DNA from: Macrostomum lignano
Lineage: Eukaryota
Length of the DNA: 34,620 nt
Assembly (NCBI GenBank): GCA_002269645.1
Contig: NIVC01000370.1
Location: 1-34,620 of the forward strand
Direction of reading: 5' to 3'
A program made the position numbers and the translations under genes. The notes below the pieces were generated by a model, which was not told the origin of the DNA, searched no databases, and saw only the letters and a program-made list of their open reading frames with translations. Shown here one piece after another: positions 9,257 to 34,620 of this stretch; positions within the stretch are counted from its first letter, which is position 1, and every line of letters starts with the position of its first letter.

Positions 9257-11483
9257 TCATCTGTCTGAAATGTTTGTTTACAATTTTTCCAAGTTTCGAT
9301 GATCCATTATGTAAAGAATTCACGAGAAGTCTTCGACACCATGCAAATGTTTACTTACCAAAGTAAATGATGAGCCTGTCTGCAAAATGTATGTCCTTTG
9401 CGTAAGGCACATCTTTCTGAGTAGAGTAGAACATAACTGGCGGACCGGTCTTGACTCCGTCTCGAACCCACTTGCACCCATCTGCAGCGGAGTTGCCGAT
9501 TCCTATGAAGCCTCTGTCGACACCGCAGCCTCCGTGCGTGAACTGGATGTAGAAGTTGCGGCTGGCTCCGTTGCTAAATTTGCTACCCTCGATGGAGAAT
9601 TTCACGAATGAGCCCTTGCCGATCCAATATGGGTAGGACTTGAGCAGTCTGTCCTTTGTGAACCAATTCTCCGAGTTCAGCTTATCGGTGTCCTTGCTCA
9701 CGTCGAAAGTGGCGCTGGCAACCGCCTTGCCGTTGTTGCGCATCTCGGCCACAATCTTGGTGAACCGGTACTTTTTTATGGCTGCGGGCAGATTATCCAG
9801 CAGGCTGGCTCGGAACAGCGTGGGGAAGTCCTTCGTGTGCGTGTCGCCTTTTTTAGTGTTCCTATATTCTACTAGGGCGTCTTTTCCAGAGTGTGCGGTA
9901 ATAGTGAAGAGCAGGACCTTTCCAGAGCCTGCAATAAGCGTTGCGGATCTTTGCAGACTTTGAATTCACAGTAATGGTATTTGATCGCGATCAGAGTTAG
10001 CACTGCACGATTCACCTAGCGCTATAGAATATTTTTTGCATGCTGGCCGAATCATTTTTTGAAGAGAATGTCTAGACGGGGTGAGTAGCGGGGTGTTAAC
10101 CTCTCTGACACTGGTGCCAAAGTACCCTGGTCCATGCCCAGTCACATTTTTCATGGGTTTGTGAACGGAAAGAGACCTGCGAAAGTGTCTGGATTCACAC
10201 CTATGAGAGCCGACCTCAAAGGTACGGAGTGTTGCATTCCTAATTAGGGGAACTCGGGGTCGCTGTACTCCGTTAGTGAGCGTGTGCCTGCCTACACATC
10301 CGGTGTGCGTGCTCTTGGGTCAGAGGAATGGGCCTGACTGCTGGACTCCTCACTGACGTGGGTCGACTGTGGTCAATTTTCGTGGCTGCACCGAAAAACT
10401 ACCAACTGACTGTAAATTTTTTCTGAGCCAGCTTATAGAATGAAGTAAACACTTGGACTATCTGCAACTCACCGAGCCTGTAGGTTTCGATTCTGCCTTC
10501 TAAAATATAAAATCAGTATGCATTACATTTGATTGCTATGCAACTAACCTATGCACAGTGAAGATTAGAATAAAGAGTTGCATGCATTCTTACTGAGATA
10601 GATGACAAACTTGTCTGCAAAATGTATGTCCCTTGCATAAGGTACATCTTTCTGAGTAGAGTAGAACATGACTGGCGGACCGGTCTTGACGCCGTCTCGA
10701 ACCCACTTGCACCCATCTGCAGCGGAGTTGCCGATTCCCATGAAGCCTTTGTCTACATCGCAGCCTCCGTGCGTGAACTGGATGTAGAAGTTGCGGCTGG
10801 CTGCGGTAAATTTGTTGCCCTTGATGGAGAACGTCACGAATGAGCCCTTGCCGATCCAATACGGGTAGGACTTGACCAGTCTGTCCTTTGTGAACCAGTT
10901 CTCCAAGTTCAGCTTATCAGTGTCCTTGCTCACGTCGAAGGTGGCGCTGGCAACCGCCTTGCCGTTTTTGCGCATCTCGGCCACGATCTCCTGGGCGTTT
11001 GCCAGCCTTACAGCATCTGGCAGGTTGTTGAGCAGAGTGGATCGGAATAATTTCCCATTTTGATCCTTTGTGTCGATGTGACCAGCTTTCCGGAATTCAA
11101 CAAGAGCGTCTTTGCCGAAGTGAGCGCTGATAGAGAACAGAAGTACTTTCCCATGTTCTGCAAGTATAAAATTTTGGTTTCTATAAGGTCGTAGTAAAGA
11201 ATTTGATCAGAGACAGTATGACCAAGACTTAAGTTTTTCAGAAAAGAGCTGCTGTGTGCAAAGTCTCTCTTCACCTGGTTCGTTTGGGAATCCGGCATCT
11301 ACAAAGCGAAAAGGTTTCATTTTATTTGGTCTGACTTTGATAAAATTTGAATCTAGCACTTGTTATATAGAACAGTATAGCACAGTTATATAGTATAGTT
11401 CAAATTCTATCTGTACCAGCAGAGATCAGCAAAGCAGTGAAGGCCAGCAAAGCAGTCAATGCTGCTCCAGCTTGATTCGACAT
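9257..11483 (-). CDS. Secreted protein with two tandem ~190-aa uncharacterised modules; exons 11417-11483, 11275-11298, 10594-11157, 10473-10499, 9359-9928, 9257-9264; ~419 aa
   Basis: Signal peptide MSNQAGAALTALLAFTALLISA. All five introns are GT-AG and phase 1. Internal exons of 24, 564, 27 and 570 nt are all multiples of 3. The modules share KVLLF, LFR-x-x-LL-x-NLP, ENWFTKDRL, YPYWIGKGSF and RNFYIQFTHGGC. The last micro-exon is uncertain (alternative stop at 9351). Confidence 0.75.
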
Positions 11484-12498
11484 ATCGAGTGAGAGTCAAA
11501 CAGTTTGCTGAAGGAAACTTTTTGGGTCTTGAAGAAGTGAAACACTTTGGTCCTTGGAAAGCAAGACTATATGGTCTTGAGTCGTTTCATACAGATAGCA
11601 CCTGCCATTGTGTGTAGCTGGTGAGTCTAAGGCTTATCGTGTGCTATTCAACAGCCAATCGAAGTGGAATTGAACAGCGAACCCCCATTCCATGGACTTA
11701 GACTTTTAGTTTTGATCCAGGAGTTCATGACTTGCCTATTCAAAAATATCGCCGAGCAGCAACAGCATTAGGAGGCAGCAGGAGAATGTTAGGGTTGCTT
11801 CCACTTCCAAAGTGCCTTCCTGGCCCAGTCAACCCTTAAATCGACTCAGCATTTTTTCTACGAGAGAGTAATAAAACTGTGTGCGATATGAGGGGCTCGG
11901 ACCTGTCTAAAGCTCCTAATCATTTCATGGCGTCTAGTTTAAGTTATGACAAATCAATAGTAGATAGAAAAAATGTAGAAAGCACTTGAGTTTAGTAGGG
12001 GTGAATATATACATGTGTAAGAACAAGCGAAAACGAGAAATTGGCTTAAGGCGTAGACCGACTCTTGGCTGCCCAGGGCGCCAAGGCATTCACTTATATA
12101 TTATCATTGTACAGCGAGCAAATGTACATAAGAGCTAGTGAACGTGCGCACACGCAATCAACTAAGCAAACCATCTTGATCTTACACATGTATTTCGAGT
12201 TCATGCGAAAATTAAAGCACTATCACAAATGGTTAGAGCCTCTGCACAAGCCCAGCTAACAGTATAGTTGCACTGAATTGGTCAGAGAAGAGCACAAGCT
12301 ATCGTTACTGTCACATTGTTTCTGACTTTAAGACTCTACTGGAGAAGGTTACAATGACAGACCAATTGCTTGAAACTTTAAGTTACAAACGATGCCGGCT
12401 GCACGGAATTATCATCAGGGAGCCTGCTATCCGACGAGTATTCAGTTGACGAAAAAAGTCGCTGTCGGATTGAAGTGCGATAATAAGTGCCCCGAAAG

Positions 12499-12551
12499 CT
12501 TTTCGCCATGATTCGGCTCGTTCCGCGTCCTGTTGGTGCTAGTTGTCTCTG
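12499..12551 (-). mobile_element. Solo terminal remnant related to the P-element TIR
   Basis: TTTTCGCCATGATTCGGCTCGTTCCGCGTCCTG...AGTTGTCTCTG parallels right TIR TTTTCGCCATGAATTGGCTCGTTTCCGGTCCTG...AGTTGTCCTTG. No partner end found. Confidence 0.55.
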
Positions 12552-12918
12552 AGTGCTACCGGATACCACAAATACTAGTTGTTTCGCTTGTAAAAATGCG
12601 CTCATGTACTCTTTTTCAGCAGCAAAATTAGCATTTTTTGTCTTATACAGAGACTTATAATTTTACTAAATTGTACAAGATATTTAAAGTTTTGAAGCTG
12701 TAACAATCGCCTCTGGCTTTAAAAAGCAGACCCATTAAATTAGCGTATTCAACCGGCAGACTTGCCCAGACTCGAAAATAATGAATTTAGGACTGAGATT
12801 TGCAGGAAAATGTGAAAAGCCACATCCTGTGCGTGTGCATAGCGAGCAAGAGAGAAAAGGGGTCGCGCCCCAGCTCCACCAGGCCGATAAACAGTTTGGC
12901 TTTCCTCTTGCCTGTGCC

Positions 12919-13077
12919 TGACTTTGAACTCTTTCCTTACTGCTCTCTCATTGGCTGAGATAGAGGAGGCCTGCCCCTAGGCTGAGTTTCGTCCGTCTGA
13001 CTTTAACCTCTCTCCTTACTGCTCTCTCATTGGCTGAGATAGAGTGGGCCTGCCCCCTAGGCTGAGTTTCGTCCTTC
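12919..13077 (+). repeat. 2x ~79-bp tandem duplication
   Basis: TGACTTT...CCTTACTGCTCTCTCATTGGCTGAGATAGAG...GGCTGAGTTTCGTCC starts at 12919 and 12998. Confidence 0.85.
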
Positions 13078-14004
13078 TTGCGTTCACTTGTACATCGAGT
13101 TAAATAATAATAATAATACTAATAGTTCGTAATAATAATATTAATCGAGTTAAATGCTTGTCGTTCATTCTTAACCTATATGCTCCTAAGGCCACAGACC
13201 CCAAGGAAGGAAAGGAAATCGCTGCTGCCACATAAATTTAACTGCAACTGAGTAGACGCTCTATTTTTCACAACTTTAATTGCGAATGACATATCATAGT
13301 TATTCTAGTATGTGTCAGTTGACCGGGCAAGCAACCAAAGTTTCGTTTTTCTAGTCGGATTTATCTCGAACGAATTTGTCTAGGGCGAAAACCCATTTAG
13401 CGCTTGCCCAATCCTAAATCATAAGCTTGCACAGGCACTTGCTATCCTGGCCATTGTGCGTGTTTGCTGCGATGCTAAGTGCTTCAGCTAATTCTTGAGT
13501 CCATATTACTATAAGTAGTCCCAGAGTCCAGATTAGTATAGTAGTCTATAGAATCACAAAATTCGATTTTATCAATGGCTTTACACTGGAATCATTTTTA
13601 ATTAATTATATAGTTGTGTCTTTGATACTGGCTACTTATACGAGTATGGGTAGTGTTTTTTCAGTGTACGGCTTGTAGTTTACACATCTAGACATTGTTT
13701 TAAAAGACACTGCCCTCACTTGCAGTCAGCGACGAAGCCACCTGCTCAAAATGCGCCGCTCAAGACAAAAAGTGCAACCGGGGTTCGGGTTGCTGCTCAG
13801 AAAAATTCGCGTAATTTTGAGTTTCCATGACGACTGGGATTAATTCAATTTTACTTAACCAGACATTTATTACAGTTATTTGAAAAAGACTATTTACTAT
13901 TGAAATATTGTTGATCGGTTGTGGGTAATTTGTCAATAAGCTGTTACTTCCCTGATTATGACAAATCCTTATTACTCGCATTTCAGTTTCGTGTCTTTAA
14001 GAGG

Positions 14005-14802
14005 CTCCATCCACATCTCCATCCTCATCTCCATCCACATCTCCATCCACATCTCCATCCTCACCTCAATCCTCATCTCCATCCTCATCTCCATCCTCAC
14101 CTCAATCCTCATCTCCATCCTCATCTCCATCCTCATCTCCATCCTCATCTCCATCCTCATCTCCATCCTCATCTCCATCCTCACCTCCATCCTCATCTCC
14201 ATCCTCACCTCAATCCTCATCTCCATCCTCATCTCCATCCTCACCTCAATCCTCATCTCCATCCTCATCTCCATCCTCATCTCCATCCTCATCTCCATCC
14301 TCACCTCAATCCTCATCTCCATCCTCATCTCCATCCTCATCTCAATCCTCATCTCCATCCTCACCTCAATCCTCATCTCCATCCTCATCTCCATCCTCAT
14401 CTCCATCCTCATCTCCATCCTCACCTCAATCCTCATCTCCATCCTCATCTCCATCCTCACCTCAATCCTCATCTCCATCCTCATCTCCATCCTCATCTCC
14501 ATCCTCATCTCCATCCTCACCTCAATCCTCATCTCCATCCTCATCTCCATCCTCACCTCAATCCTCATCTCCATCCTCATCTCCATCCTCATCTCCATCC
14601 TCACCTCAATCCTCATCTCCATCCTCACTCCATCCTCACCTCAATCCTCATCTCCATCCTCATCTCCATCCTCACCTCAATCCTCATCTCCATCCTCATC
14701 TCCATCCTCATCTCCATCCTCATCTCCATCCTCACCTCAATCCTCATCTCCACCCTCATCTCCATCCTCATCTCCACCCTCATCTCCATCCTCATCTCCA
14801 TC
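14005..14802 (+). repeat. 12-bp (6-bp based) microsatellite CATCTCCATCCT / CACCTCAATCCT, ~66 units
   Basis: Direct reading. It generates the artefactual HPHL, ISIL and MRME ORFs. Confidence 0.95.
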
Positions 14803-15344
14803 GGCACCATTCTGAGATGAGAAGATACTGCATGGATCTCATGCAAAGCAGCTTAAAGTACATGGTTGAACTTTTTTATGATTAAAAAATCAATAGCCAC
14901 CAGACCCTGATGATCGATGGCCGCTCAAGTTCCAGCACCAAAGCTTCAAAGCGACTCGCAACGAATGACGTCAAGTTGGTTTGACAGAGGAGCGGAGCAA
15001 CAGGCTGTCCTAATGAGCCCAGCGAGCTCATTTTCATACAGCTACTCGTAGCCGTAGAGTTTTTCCCTACGCCAGTTGCCCAAGCTCAACACCCACCCCC
15101 CACCACGATTTACAAGTTACCAAGCGTCACTGGCTCCAGCTCTGTGCGACCAGTCAGAATCGTACGAGCCAGCCTACACTCACGACTGAACTGCTCTATT
15201 GTCGTCGGGTTAGACTATAGAAAGAGGTGGACAGAATTGGAGGGGAGAGGGCACTGGGGGGGAGACAGAGAGTAGCTAGCATTGTATTGAACTGCACAGG
15301 CAATAACTGCCAACAGCATTGAAACAGCTCAGAACTGATCACCC

Positions 15345-15351
15345 TATAAAT
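15345..15351 (+). promoter_or_regulatory. Possible TATA box for the cadherin gene
   Basis: TATAAAT ~170 nt upstream of ATG 15519; motif only. Confidence 0.3.
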
Positions 15352-15518
15352 CCACAAAACCACGCCCAAAAGTGTCGGGAGGAAAACTTCTTCTTCTCAA
15401 TAAAATTCTGATTTTCTTTAATAGCTCCTAATTCTGTGACTCGCGGGAAAATACCTTATAAACATTGTTGACATGTTTTATATTAAGAGTTGAATTTTCA
15501 CGCGTTATTTTTCACCCA

Positions 15519-33444
<17,926 letters not shown>

Positions 33445-34135
33445 GTAAGAAGCTTCAAGGTGCGTGGAAAGTGCAGGCCAAAGCTGACAAGTAAAGAGAA
33501 TCATATTTCAAGAATGTCAAACAATTTTCTGTCACGTTTCCCCATAAATTAATTTTCCCAGTCCTCAACAGCGCGGCCAGTGTGTAGTTTTGCTCAGTCG
33601 GGCCCACTCTCGGAGGTGCTTTATTCAGCTTGAAGCAGCAGGAGAAGGAAAGAAAAACGAAAAGAAAAAGTAAAGAGACGGATTACCCCAGCGGACAAGC
33701 GCAGCAGATTAACTCCTCTCGTCAGTACCAGAGATGCTAAGCTAGTAAGAGAATTGTGGCGCGCACTTAAAAGCACTTCCCTCAGGCAATCTGGGAACAG
33801 TAAATGTTCAGTCTGGTTCCCGCTGGACTCGGAAACTCCGGGTAGCAGCGGAAGTTTCCCAGTTGCTGCGGCGAGGAGGCGCCGAGCACTCTTGCACAAG
33901 GGCGTCAGCTGGTCTACCAAAGGGGGGAGTGGAGTGGGGAGTGAGGATTTTTCGCCCCGTAATAATTCCTGGCATTTTTAGTGAGCATAATAAAAATATT
34001 AAGTGGGTGCTGCTGTTTTGGTCTGCGCGTGTGCGTGTATTGAATAGTTTGACGGCAGAAAAGTTACCAGGCATTACTATTTCAAATTTCCCTGCGTATG
34101 CAGCAAAATATTTATTTAGTTGTGTTCGTATTGGT

Positions 34136-34620
34136 GTACATCTGACCAAGCACACAGAGGGATGTACATCTGACCTAGCACACAGAGGGATGTACATCTG
34201 AGCAAGCACACAGAGGGATGTACATCTGACCAAGCACACAGAGGGATGTACATCTGAGCAAGCACACAGAGGGATGTACATCTGACCAAGCGCACAGAGT
34301 GATGTACATCTGACTAAGCACACGGAGTGATGTACATCTGACCAAGCACACAGAGGGATGTACATCTGACCAAGCACACAGAGTGATGTACATCTGACTA
34401 AGCACACGGAGTGATGTACATCTGACCAAGCGCACAGAGTGATTGACGTACATCTGAGCAAGCACACAGAGTGATTGATGGACATCTGACCAAGCACACA
34501 GAGTGATTGATGTACATCTGAGCTAGCACACAGAGTGATTGATGTACATCTGACCAAGCACACAGAGGGATGTACATCTGACCAAGCACACAGAGTGATG
34601 TACATCTGACTAAGCACACG
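34136..34620 (+). repeat. Intron 14 minisatellite, 28-bp unit (32-bp variants), runs off the window
   Basis: GTACATCTGACCAAGCACACAGAGGGAT. Confidence 0.93.

Noticed and set aside
9929-10472. Additional exons or a separate promoter for module B
   Set aside because: Candidate acceptors led to stops or implausible peptides and no signal-peptide exon was found; direct splicing 10473 to 9928 keeps the frame.
13921-14846. Long ORFs (HPHL, ISIL, MRME repeats)
   Set aside because: Translations of a 12-bp microsatellite open in several frames on both strands; no splice or domain evidence.
33500-34110. Possible dispersed element in intron 14 with partial similarity to 23970-24010 and 27690-27720
   Set aside because: Matches are short and gapped; boundaries cannot be defined by eye.

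Overview
Eukaryotic (animal) genomic DNA with GT-AG introns. The compact genes and minisatellite-stuffed introns suggest a flatworm such as Macrostomum; this is inference only. (1) 0.9-3.9 kb: a head-to-head inverted duplication carrying two 2-exon genes for secreted, Arg-rich precursors, each with four tandem six-Cys knottin-like (C-C-CC-C-C) domains. (2) 5.2-8.1 kb: a 2,258-bp internally deleted P-superfamily transposon (THAP domain, partial transposase, 100-bp TIRs, perfect 8-bp TSD). It carries a foldback insertion and itself sits inside one arm of another inverted-repeat element. (3) 9.3-11.5 kb, minus strand: a 6-exon gene for a ~419-aa secreted protein with two copies of a ~190-aa module I cannot name, joined by 24- and 27-nt microexons. 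(4) 15.5 kb to the window end: 14 exons of a long cadherin gene (signal peptide plus at least 8.5 EC repeats). 13 of its 14 introns hold their own tandem array, and exon 14 has a 1-nt frameshift. Most long ORFs in the supplied track are tandem-repeat artefacts. No tRNA, rRNA or CRISPR array was recognised. All gene models were assembled by eye.
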